NCBI GenBank assembly: GCA_963717145.1
Contig: OY970325.1
Span: 3,648,001-3,712,000 of the forward strand
From: an uncultured Armatimonadetes bacterium
GTDB taxonomy: Bacteria > Armatimonadota > UBA5829 > DTJY01
DNA length: 64,000 bases
Reading direction: 5' to 3'
Shown here piece by piece: positions 10,439 through 19,287 of the stretch. Under the pieces are notes generated by a model that was given only the letters and a program-made list of their open reading frames with translations, searched no databases and had not been told where the DNA came from. The position numbers were made by a program, and so were the translations under genes. Within the stretch, counting starts at the first letter, position 1. Each line of letters begins with the position of its first letter.

Positions 10439-10512
10439 GATGACGCTCTGCCTGACCCGCGACGAACTGCATCTTCCGTATCACTGAGCGTTGATGGTGC
10501 TCGCGAACGAGC

Positions 10513-10621
10513 ACCGTCTAGTCCTGAGTGCGCCTCTGGGCGTGTAACGAAGGACGGCCTTGTGGCACTCCGTAGACCGTCCTTCGTTACACGCCCAGAG
10601 GCGCACTCAGGACTAGACGGT
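10513..10621. repeat. Long perfect inverted repeat (45-bp arms, 19-nt loop), GTCCTGAG...CGAAGGAC REP-like family
   Basis: Arms 10513-10557 and 10577-10621 are exact reverse complements; lies between convergent genes. Confidence 0.9.
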
Positions 10622-10629
10622 AGAGGCGA

Positions 10630-11898
10630 TCAAACTTCGCTGATCATCCCGGCGAGGACCTCATCCGCTATGGAGTCCCTCGCGAGCAGTGCCGCGCCGC
10701 GCGCGCCCATCAGGTCATCGCCCTCGAAGAAGCTGATCTCAGGCAGCATGTTTCCGACCCGGCTGATCTCCTCCACGACGCCATCGAGTATCCGGCGCTT
10801 GGTCTGCGCTGGGAACTTGTTGAACATCCCCTCGATCAGCACCGAGTCCGGGTTGTAGGCAACCACCGCGTTGCAGATCGTCTGAGTGAATGCGGGCACC
10901 GCCGTGCTGAGCCATTCGCGGACAACCGGATCGTTCGGCGAACCGAGGAGGTCCTGAAATGGCCGATCATCGCCGTTCCCGCGCGCCCATGCCAGGAGCG
11001 ACGAGCCCGTGCAAACGTCGCAGTAGCGCCTGCCATCCCCGTACGGAAGCAGCCCGAGGTCGCCGGCGTAGTGCGATGCGCCGGTATAGAGCCGGCCATC
11101 CCACACCAATGCCGCCGCGAGCCCGAACCGATTCAGGATGACCATCTCGATCCCGTCGCCTCGAGGGTTGTGCATCCTGTGATGGCCGGCCGTGAAGCAG
11201 TAGCTGTTACCGGCGGCGGTGATCGGCAGGCCGCACCTTGCCTGCACCGCCGGGACGAACTCGAGCGAGGCCTTCCCGAACTGGAAATCGGTCTGCACGC
11301 TCCCCCGAGCCACGTCGTTCACCGGCCCGGGCAGCCCGAGCCCGACGGCACAGACCGACGGTTCCTGCTCTGCGGTCTGTAGGGGCGTGCCTTGTGCCGC
11401 CCGGCATGCGCCTTGCGCCTGCACACCTGCGCTCACGGGCGGCACAAGGCACGCCCCTACAGACCCGGCAAGATGGCCGGCCACCTCCGCCACGGAGGAG
11501 ACGATCTCCTCGGGGCTCGCGGCGGGAGAGATCGGTCGCCGCAGCTCGGCGGTGACCTGGTTGGCAAAATCGAGGACCACGCCCCGGACGTGGGTCGCCT
11601 CGACATCGACGCCGACCGTCGAGCCGAGCGAGGATTGGAGAGCTATCACCTGCGACCACGGCCCGCGCTTGCCGGTCTGCTCCTGATGACCGCCGACGAT
11701 CAGCCCGGACTCCCTGAATCCTGCGACCAGTCGAAAGACGTTCGGGAGGCTCATCGCAAGGTCCTCCGAGGCGCCCTTGCAGGTCGCGCCGGGATGATCG
11801 AGCACGTATCGCAGGAGGTTGATATTCGTCCGCTCGGCCGATCTCTGCCTTCTTCCGGTGAAACTAGCCGAGGTCGAAGAGCTTTCTCGCATTGTCAT
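10630..11898 (-). CDS. ROK family transcriptional regulator
   Basis: N-terminal HTH (LAMSLPNVFRLV), GKRGP, VGVDVEAT, GLGLPG, GASHYAGDLG, GARGAA. Start at 11898 or 11892. Confidence 0.85.
   Translation of the reverse strand: MTMRESSSTSASFTGRRQRSAERTNINLLRYVLDHPGATCKGASEDLAMSLPNVFRLVAGFRESGLIVGGHQEQTGKRGPWSQVIALQSSLGSTVGVDVEATHVRGVVLDFANQVTAELRRPISPAASPEEIVSSVAEVAGHLAGSVGACLVPPVSAGVQAQGACRAAQGTPLQTAEQEPSVCAVGLGLPGPVNDVARGSVQTDFQFGKASLEFVPAVQARCGLPITAAGNSYCFTAGHHRMHNPRGDGIEMVILNRFGLAAALVWDGRLYTGASHYAGDLGLLPYGDGRRYCDVCTGSSLLAWARGNGDDRPFQDLLGSPNDPVVREWLSTAVPAFTQTICNAVVAYNPDSVLIEGMFNKFPAQTKRRILDGVVEEISRVGNMLPEISFFEGDDLMGARGAALLARDSIADEVLAGMISEV
11374..11465. repeat. GTAG-type REP-like palindrome (30-bp arms) in-frame in ROK gene
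   Basis: GGTCTGTAGGGGCGTGCCTTGTGCCGCCCG ... CGGGCGGCACAAGGCACGCCCCTACAGACC. Confidence 0.9.
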
Positions 11899-12665
11899 AG
11901 AGGAACTTCCGCTCTGAATCCGCGCCCCACCCCATGCCCCTGATCTTGGCGATCTGATCGGCAACCGTGTCGGCGAGTTCGGATGCGTGAACATCGGAGC
12001 CGAAAACGACCTTGTCCGGCGCGCCGGGCCAGAAGAGCATCTCCTGGAACCAACTGATCGGCTTGGCCTTCCGCCATCCGTCCATCCGGCCGGACATGTC
12101 GCAGTAGACGTTACCGTAGATCCGCGCGAGACCGGTCGCTTCCTCTGCCCATACACCGCCCATGTGCGCGAGGATGACCTTCAGGTCGGGCAGTTCGTTC
12201 GCGATCGCCTCCACGTGTATCGGGCGGGTCCCGCTCGGCGGAGACGCGCTCGCCCTTCATGGACGGGATGTAGAACAGCCCGGTGTGGAACAGGCACGGC
12301 ATGTCGAGTTCGAGCGCCGCCTGATAGATCGGCAGGTAGTCGTAATGGCCATAGTTCTCCCTGGGGATGTGGAACTTGACCCCCTTGAACCCGAGTTCGC
12401 CCCACTTGCGGACCTTCTCCGGGCCGTCAAACCCCGGCCGGACGTAGACGTAGCCGAAGAAGCGGTCGGGATGAGCCTCGACCGCCTTCAACACATCGGC
12501 TTCGTAGAGCGGGCCACAGCTTTCCCCCGCGACGAAGAGTGTCTCGAAGAGCGGGCCCATCGCGATCAGGCCCGTCATCTCGATTGAGAGAGCGTCCATC
12601 TGCCGAAGCAGCGCATCAGCATAGCCCGCCTCACAGACCAGGTGATGATGAACGTCGATTATCAT
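11864..12665 (-). CDS. Amidohydrolase_2 family metal-dependent hydrolase, frameshifted near 12230 (probable assembly indel)
   Basis: MIIDVHHH...GVKFH...LFHTG in one frame; AHMGG...FGSD in another. RBS GGGAGG before ATG 12665. Confidence 0.85.
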
Positions 12666-12683
12666 GCATTTCCTCCCAGCCCT

Positions 12684-12749
12684 GTAGCCTAGCCCTTCAT
12701 GGGCGTTCGCAGTGCCGCCGTCAAGGACGCCCACAAGGGGCTAGGCTAC
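12684..12749. repeat. GTAG...CTAC REP-like imperfect palindrome
   Basis: GTAGCCTAGCCCTTCATGGGCGT ... ACGCCCACAAGGGGCTAGGCTAC; its end supplies the TauE stop codon. Confidence 0.75.
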
Positions 12750-13504
12750 CTCAGCACAAGTGACAGTATCAGTGCGATCCCCGCCAGGAACAGGACGGTG
12801 TAGATCATCCGGCGGAAGAGCAGTTCGTCCATCCGGTGATGCGCCCAGTTGCCCATGACCATGCCGACGAGGTTGAACGGCATGCAGAAGGCGGTCAGGC
12901 GCAGGACCTCGTCCTTGGGCGCGGAACTGAGCGCCCACTGAGTGACCAGCATGCAGTTCAGCGTGAAGAAGACGAGGCACAGCGTCACTCGGAACAGGCT
13001 CTTGTTCGCAAGCACCTTCGTGGCGTAGATGACGATGAGCGGCCCGCCCGATCCGAATGCGCCGTGGATGAATCCGCCGATCGGAAGCAGTGTCGCGGAG
13101 AGCCACTTCATCCTGCGGCTGCCGTTTTCCTTGAGCGTCGGCCTCATGAAATAGCGGAACATCCCCTGGATGCCGATGAGCACCATGAAGGCGGCGAGCA
13201 CCCACTTCAATTCGGTCTCCGGCGTTCGCTCGCGCAGAAAGAGCCCAAACGGGAAGCCGAGGCCCGCGATGGCCAGGATGCGCCAGTACTCCTTCCAGAC
13301 GATGTCCTTCCTGGCGACCAGCACGATGTAGCCCGTGAGCACCCATGCCTGGAGGAAGAGCACCGGGACGGCGGTCTTCAGGCCGACGAGCAGCGCGATG
13401 AACGGGAGCGCAAGTACCGTGCACCCGAAGCCCGTGACCCCTTCCTGGAAATGCGTGAGGAAGATGATGATGGCGATGAGGGAATAACGCATCAGTTCAG
13501 ACAA
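12746..13504 (-). CDS. Sulfite exporter TauE/SafE (TSUP) family membrane protein
   Basis: GVTGFG and GAFGSGGP repeat motifs; about 8 hydrophobic segments. Confidence 0.88.
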   Translation of the reverse strand: MSELMRYSLIAIIIFLTHFQEGVTGFGCTVLALPFIALLVGLKTAVPVLFLQAWVLTGYIVLVARKDIVWKEYWRILAIAGLGFPFGLFLRERTPETELKWVLAAFMVLIGIQGMFRYFMRPTLKENGSRRMKWLSATLLPIGGFIHGAFGSGGPLIVIYATKVLANKSLFRVTLCLVFFTLNCMLVTQWALSSAPKDEVLRLTAFCMPFNLVGMVMGNWAHHRMDELLFRRMIYTVLFLAGIALILSLVLR

Positions 13505-13540
13505 TAACCTGCTCCATAATCGCTCCTAAGGAAGCCCACG

Positions 13541-13653
13541 CCGTCAGTCCTGAGTTCGCCGGTGAATGACGGCGAGTAACGAAGGACGGCCTAGCTGCAC
13601 CGAGCCGTCCTTCGTTACTCGCCGTCATTCACCGGCGAACTCAGGACTGACGG
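13541..13653. repeat. Long perfect inverted repeat (50-bp arms, 13-nt loop), same family as 10513-10621
   Basis: Arms 13541-13590 and 13604-13653; shares GTCCTGAGT and GTAACGAAGGACGG with the 10513 element. Confidence 0.9.
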
Positions 13654-13718
13654 TGGTTTCTGACGGAACCAACTGCATACAGTGCAGTAACGTGCTCAGA
13701 ATGACAGCCTCGCGGTGT

Positions 13719-14219
13719 TCATTCCATCGTCTCGATCTCGCGGTCGCGAGCCTGAACGCCGCGCGCCGAGATCTCGTCGCGCGCCTCGGCCCAGAATGCG
13801 CGGACCTTCTCCGGGATCGCGGGCGCATCCTGGAACTTGGTCGTGAGGAAGGCTTCCGCGATCCGGCAGGCCGTGTCCGGCGCGACGATGCTCTCACCCA
13901 TGCAGAGGACGTTCGCATCGTTGACCTTGCGACCGAATTCCGCTGCAAGGGGCGACTCGCACGACACCGCGCATATCCCGGCGAACTTCCCGACCGCGAG
14001 CGCCATCCCCGTTCCGCTCCCACAGCAGAGGATGCCGAGGTCGGCATCGTCGTCCTGCAGGCACTTCGCCGCCCGCTCGGCGATCGAGGGGAACTTGGCG
14101 AACACCGATGTGTCGTAGCATCCCACATCGACCACCTCATGGCCGTTCTGCTCGAGGAACGCCCGCACGGCACTCTTGAGCGCGAAGCCCTTCACGACCG
14201 AACCGATGACTATTCTCAT
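13719..14219 (-). CDS. RpiB/LacA/LacB family sugar-phosphate isomerase (atypical active site)
   Basis: CCGSGTG, NDANVLCMG, FLTTKF. ATG 14219 with GGAG upstream. Confidence 0.85.
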   Translation of the reverse strand: MRIVIGSVVKGFALKSAVRAFLEQNGHEVVDVGCYDTSVFAKFPSIAERAAKCLQDDDADLGILCCGSGTGMALAVGKFAGICAVSCESPLAAEFGRKVNDANVLCMGESIVAPDTACRIAEAFLTTKFQDAPAIPEKVRAFWAEARDEISARGVQARDREIETME

Positions 14220-14245
14220 GATGAATCTCCAAACCACGGTACCTT

Positions 14246-14362
14246 GTAGGGGCGAAGCATTGGCCCATCTTGCCGTCACATTGGTAGAAGTTTCAGCGCC
14301 AATGCTTCGCCCCTACGCCTGGCACATCGGTGATGGTTTCAGCGCCATTGCTTCGCCCCTAC
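14246..14362. repeat. GTAGGGGCG REP-like element with duplicated right arm
   Basis: GTAGGGGCGAAGCATTGG ... CCAATGCTTCGCCCCTAC, followed by a second CCATTGCTTCGCCCCTAC. Confidence 0.85.
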
Positions 14363-14479
14363 ACCAAAGGATAGCAGATCGGTGGGCGCTGTCGCAAGCG
14401 TGTCTTCGCCTCGATGAAGGTAACTGCCCTCTGCCGTCGAACAATCCGATAACACTCACTCCGAATTGGGGGCAGGAAT

Positions 14480-16285
14480 ATGCAGATAGGATACATCATC
14501 GTCATATGCGCCTTGGCAGGTCTGATCGCCGGCGCTCGGTCCGATGCCGCCGGCCTTCCGCTCGTCACCGACGGCAAGAGCGACTACACCATAGTGCTCT
14601 CCAGGGACGCTTCTCCGTCCGAGAAGCACGCCGCCGACGAGCTTCAGAGCTTCCTCCATCAGATCAGCGGCGCCAAGCTGCCGGTCGTCGTCGAAGGAGG
14701 CAAGGTTCCGGCCAAAATGATCGTTCTCGGCGACGGCGAGACCCGCCGTCTACGTGGCACACAGATCGATGTCGAGGCACTCGGCGACGAGGGTTACACG
14801 ATCCGCACGTTCGGGCCGGACCTCATCATCGTCGGCGGTAGACTCCGAGGCACGATGTATGGCGTCTACACGTTCCTGGAGAAGGTGCTCGGCTGCCGGT
14901 GGTACACTCCAACCGTCAGCTACATCCCGAAGAACCGCACCATTGTCCTGCCGAAGCTCGACATCACCGAGACGCCGAGCTACGAGAACCGCGAGCCCTT
15001 CTATACCGGCGCATGGGACCCCGACTGGGCCGCCAGAAACAAGGTCAACGGCAACAGCACGCGCCTCGATGACGCTCGAGGCGGGAAGGTCCAGTACGGC
15101 AAGTTCGTCCACACCTTCGCCGAACTCTTTCCGCCCGCCAAGTACTACAAGGACCATCCCGAGTACTTCTCGATGGTCGATGGCAAGCGCCATGACGGAT
15201 ACGCCCAGATCTGCATGACTAACCCGGAGGTCGTTAAGATTGCCACCGAAGGGGTGATGAAGTGGATCGAGGAGAACCCCAAGGCAACGATATTCTCCGT
15301 CTCCCAGAACGATTGCTATCTGAACTGCCAGTGCGAGGTCTGCAAGCCCGTCGATGCCGAGGAGGGCAGTCCCTCCGGCCTCATGCTCCGGTTCGTGAAC
15401 GCGATCGCGGACGAGGTCGCGAAGAAGCATCCGAACGTGTTGATCGACACACTCGCGTATCAGTGGACCGAGAAGCCGCCGAAGATCACCAAGCCGAGAC
15501 CGAACGTGCGCGTCCGCCTCTGCCCGATCTCCAACTGCCAGCACCACCCGTATGAGAGATGCGAGCAGGACGCCGGCTTCATGGACAACCTCCGGAACTG
15601 GAGCAAGGTCACGGATTGCCTCTACATCTGGCACTACAACACCGTCTTCCCCAACTACCTGCTCCCTCTGCCCGATCTCGATGAGCTGATCGCCGATGTC
15701 CCGATGTACAAGCGGTTCGGGGTCAAGGGCATGTTCATGCAGGGCACGTACAACGCCGGATGGGGACCCAACGGCGGCGCGGGATTCATGGACGACCTGA
15801 AGGCCTACCTGCTCGCCAAGACACTCTGGGATATAGACGCCCACGCGGATCTGATCACCGCCGATTTCCTGGTCGGCTTCTACGGCAAGGCCGCCGAGCC
15901 GATCCACGAGTGGCTCAAGGCGATGCACAAGAAGGTTCGCGACGAAAACATCCACGGCACCATATGGTCCGACGTGAATGCCGCGCACCTCTCGCCGGAC
16001 ATCATGGCGAAGGGCGAGGAGTCGTTCGATCGGGCCGAGAAGCTCGCCGAAAGCCCGGAGGTCCTCGCCCGGGTGAAGCACGCGCGCCTCTCGCTCGAAT
16101 ACGTCAAGGTGATCCGCGAGGCCAAGCGCGCAGGGGAGAAAGGCACGTCCGAGGAGAAGGCCGCCGCCCTCAAGTGGCTGACCGACTTTGCCGACCGGTG
16201 CAAGGCAGAGGGGATCACGAAGTGGAGCGAGTGGGGACCGATGACCGCGAGCTTCGATCAAATCGCCGCGCCGCTGAAGAAGTAG
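14480..16285 (+). CDS. Secreted DUF4838-type putative glycoside hydrolase with GH67/GH20-like N-terminal domain
   Basis: Signal peptide; RGTMYGVYTFLE..LGCRW, HPEYFS, SVSQND, TLAY. Confidence 0.8.
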   Translation: MQIGYIIVICALAGLIAGARSDAAGLPLVTDGKSDYTIVLSRDASPSEKHAADELQSFLHQISGAKLPVVVEGGKVPAKMIVLGDGETRRLRGTQIDVEALGDEGYTIRTFGPDLIIVGGRLRGTMYGVYTFLEKVLGCRWYTPTVSYIPKNRTIVLPKLDITETPSYENREPFYTGAWDPDWAARNKVNGNSTRLDDARGGKVQYGKFVHTFAELFPPAKYYKDHPEYFSMVDGKRHDGYAQICMTNPEVVKIATEGVMKWIEENPKATIFSVSQNDCYLNCQCEVCKPVDAEEGSPSGLMLRFVNAIADEVAKKHPNVLIDTLAYQWTEKPPKITKPRPNVRVRLCPISNCQHHPYERCEQDAGFMDNLRNWSKVTDCLYIWHYNTVFPNYLLPLPDLDELIADVPMYKRFGVKGMFMQGTYNAGWGPNGGAGFMDDLKAYLLAKTLWDIDAHADLITADFLVGFYGKAAEPIHEWLKAMHKKVRDENIHGTIWSDVNAAHLSPDIMAKGEESFDRAEKLAESPEVLARVKHARLSLEYVKVIREAKRAGEKGTSEEKAAALKWLTDFADRCKAEGITKWSEWGPMTASFDQIAAPLKK

Positions 16286-16383
16286 TGTCGGAGCAGGGCG
16301 AACGCATCAAAACACGACGATGCTTCGGCAGCGCCACTTCGCTCTGCTACCGAAGCGTCGTACACCAGGGAGCGTGGATAGAT

Positions 16384-19287
16384 ATGACGAGAATCGTGCT
16401 GTGTCTGGCAGTGATGATCTTTGCGTGCGCAGCGAGTGCTGCACAAACAGGAGGAAAAATGGGTGCTGTAGTCGAGAACGATTTGGCCCGCATCGAGGTC
16501 TCGTCGGATGGTCTGGGCCTTCGGTTCGTTGACAAGAAGTCGGGCGTGGACTACTCGCGTCCCGAGAAGTCGCCGTTTGCCAGGGTGAGGAAGGACGGCC
16601 GAGATTTCCCCGCCTCAGTGGTCACGAGCAGTCCCGGCGGTATTCGCGTTCGATTCGGTGATTCCGGCGTCGAAGCAGTCCTGAGGGCGACGCCGATGAA
16701 ACGCTACCTGGTGCTCGAAGTCGTCTCGCTCAGCGGCAACGGGGTCGAGCAGCTCACCTTCGCGGATGTGCCGCTCACGCTCAAAGGTCAGTCGGATGAG
16801 CCGTTTGCCGCGTGCGCGCTCGCCCTGAACCTGAAGACATACGTCTCCCTACTCCCCGGGCCGGCCAGCACCCTCAGCGCGAGTTGCATGCGGCGGGTAG
16901 GATTCGTGGGGGCAAAGGTGGCGCTGATCGGGTGTCCGCAGGCCGAACTTCGCGACGTGATGAAGGAAGTGGTCACCGCATCGGACGACTTGCCGCATTC
17001 CCCGGTCGGAGGCCCGTGGGCGCTCGATGGGCCGGACAACCGGCGGTCGTACCTCTTCAACTTCGACGGCATTACGGTGGACACGGCGGATGAGTGGATC
17101 CGACTCGCCAAGAGCCTGGGCTTCACCCAGATCGACTTCCACGGCGGGGGCTCGTTCCGGTTCGGCGACTGCCTCCCGAACCCCGCCCGGTACCCGAACG
17201 GCTTCGATGACCTGAAGGCCGCAATCGACAAGCTCCACGCCGCCGGGATCCAGGCCGGCCTGCACACCTACGCCGCCTTCATCGACAAGGGTACCCCATG
17301 GGTGACGCCGGTACCCGACCCGCGACTCGGCAAGGATGCCACGTTCACGCTGGCTGAGGACATGACTGCGGCCGACAACACCGTTCAGGTGCGCGAATCG
17401 ACGGAGAAGATGTCGGCGATCACGGGGTTCTTCGTCCGGAACAGCGTGACTCTGCAGATCGATGACGAGCTGATCACCTACACCGGGATCTCGAAGGAGC
17501 CGCCGTATGCCTTCACCGGGTGCTCGCGCGGCGCTTGTGGCACGCGCGTATCCGCGCACAAGACGGGCGCGAAGGTAGGCCACCTCAAGGAGGTCTTCGG
17601 CTACTTCCTGCCGGATCACAAGACTACCCTCTTCGCCGAGGTCGCCGCGAAGTCCGCCGAGGCCTTCAACCGCTGCGGGTTCGATATGATCTACCTCGAT
17701 GCGCTCGACGGGGAGGACATCTTCGACGGATGGGAGTACGGCTGGCACTACGGATCGAAGTTCGCCTTCGAGCTCTACAAGCGCCTCGAGAAACCCGCGC
17801 TGATGGAGATGAGCACCTTCCACCATCATCTCTGGTACGTTCGCTCGCGAATGGGCGCATGGGACCATCCTACCCGCAGCCACAAGAAGTTCATCGACAT
17901 TCACGTCGCCGCCAACGAGAACAACAAGCGAATGTTCATGCCCAGCCAGCTCGGCTGGTGGGCGATCAAGACGTGGGACGGAGCGCGGTCTGAGCCGACC
18001 TTCACCGACGACATCGAGTACCTATGCGCGAAGTGCCTTGGGAACGACAGCGGCCTCGCTCTCATGGGTATCACGCCGGCCGACCTCGGGAATCCTAACA
18101 TGATGCGGCTGGCGGAGATCATGGGCCGCTATGAGAACCTGCGGGCGGCGAACGTCGTACCGGAATCGATCAAAGCTCGTCTCCGGAAGCCGGGTAGCGA
18201 TTACATACTCAGGCAGGACGCGGATAGATGGACGTTCTCGCCGGCTAGGTACGACAAGCACCGCGTCGAGGGGGTGGACGGATGGAGCAACACGTGGACC
18301 GTCGCCAACGGCTTCGACCGCCAGCCCGCGCGTCTCCGCATCGAGGCGCTGATGTCCGCCGCGCCCTACGACTCGCCGGATGGAGTCACAGTCGCCGAGC
18401 TGAGCGATCCCTCGGCGATGCCTCGACGCTTCAGCCCGCCGGAGGTATCAGCGAGCCTGGAGGGCATTACGGACCCGGCCAAGCCCGAGATCGCCAGTGC
18501 CAGGTTCACCGCCGAGAGCAAGCTCCCCGTCAGGCAGGGCGCGTGGACCATGGTCGGCAGGAAGTGGGTCGCTCCGATCGACCTCTCGGCCAAACAGGCA
18601 CTCGGGGTCTGGATCAACGGCGATGGCAGCGATGCGATCCTGAACGTCCAACTTCGGAGCCCCTCGCACGTATCGGAGGCGGTCGGCGAACACTACGTAA
18701 AGCTCGATTTCACCGGCTGGCGGTACTTCGAGCTGATCGAGCCTGAGGGGGAGCGATTCGCGGACTACTCCTGGCCGTACAATCGGCCCGAAGCCGATTG
18801 GAACAACACCTGGAATGAGACCGAAGGCCAGCAGCCTCACTGGATATGGGGGGCCTACAACGTCTACCGCGAAAGCGTGAACTTCACCAAGGTGGAATCG
18901 CTCAGCGTGTGGTACAACAACCTACCCTCAGGCAAGGCCGTCACCACGTTCCTGAGCCCGATCAAGGCTCTCCCGCTCGTGAGCGGGAAGCTGGTGAACC
19001 CGGCGATCACGGTCGGAGGGAAGACGATCTCCTTCCCCGCCGAGATCGAGAGTGGGTGCTACCTGGAGTTCAACTCGATGACTGACTGCAAGCTCTACGG
19101 CCCGCAGGGTGCCCTGATCCGTGAGGTCAAGCCGGAGGGTGATGCGCCCGTCCTGGAGCGTGGAGATAACGCGGTCAGCTTCTCCTCAGGCGGCATTGAG
19201 GGAGTGAATCCTCGTGCCCGAGTTACGATCATCAGCGAGGGCGATTCCCTCGAGCCCGCCGTTTCCTGGAAAGGGCCTCAGGGATGA
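16384..19287 (+). CDS. Large secreted hypothetical protein, putative TIM-barrel glycoside hydrolase
   Basis: Signal peptide MTRIVLCLAV; KLHAAGIQAGLHT and FDMIYLDALDG resemble GH-D-like cores. Confidence 0.7.
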   Translation: MTRIVLCLAVMIFACAASAAQTGGKMGAVVENDLARIEVSSDGLGLRFVDKKSGVDYSRPEKSPFARVRKDGRDFPASVVTSSPGGIRVRFGDSGVEAVLRATPMKRYLVLEVVSLSGNGVEQLTFADVPLTLKGQSDEPFAACALALNLKTYVSLLPGPASTLSASCMRRVGFVGAKVALIGCPQAELRDVMKEVVTASDDLPHSPVGGPWALDGPDNRRSYLFNFDGITVDTADEWIRLAKSLGFTQIDFHGGGSFRFGDCLPNPARYPNGFDDLKAAIDKLHAAGIQAGLHTYAAFIDKGTPWVTPVPDPRLGKDATFTLAEDMTAADNTVQVRESTEKMSAITGFFVRNSVTLQIDDELITYTGISKEPPYAFTGCSRGACGTRVSAHKTGAKVGHLKEVFGYFLPDHKTTLFAEVAAKSAEAFNRCGFDMIYLDALDGEDIFDGWEYGWHYGSKFAFELYKRLEKPALMEMSTFHHHLWYVRSRMGAWDHPTRSHKKFIDIHVAANENNKRMFMPSQLGWWAIKTWDGARSEPTFTDDIEYLCAKCLGNDSGLALMGITPADLGNPNMMRLAEIMGRYENLRAANVVPESIKARLRKPGSDYILRQDADRWTFSPARYDKHRVEGVDGWSNTWTVANGFDRQPARLRIEALMSAAPYDSPDGVTVAELSDPSAMPRRFSPPEVSASLEGITDPAKPEIASARFTAESKLPVRQGAWTMVGRKWVAPIDLSAKQALGVWINGDGSDAILNVQLRSPSHVSEAVGEHYVKLDFTGWRYFELIEPEGERFADYSWPYNRPEADWNNTWNETEGQQPHWIWGAYNVYRESVNFTKVESLSVWYNNLPSGKAVTTFLSPIKALPLVSGKLVNPAITVGGKTISFPAEIESGCYLEFNSMTDCKLYGPQGALIREVKPEGDAPVLERGDNAVSFSSGGIEGVNPRARVTIISEGDSLEPAVSWKGPQG

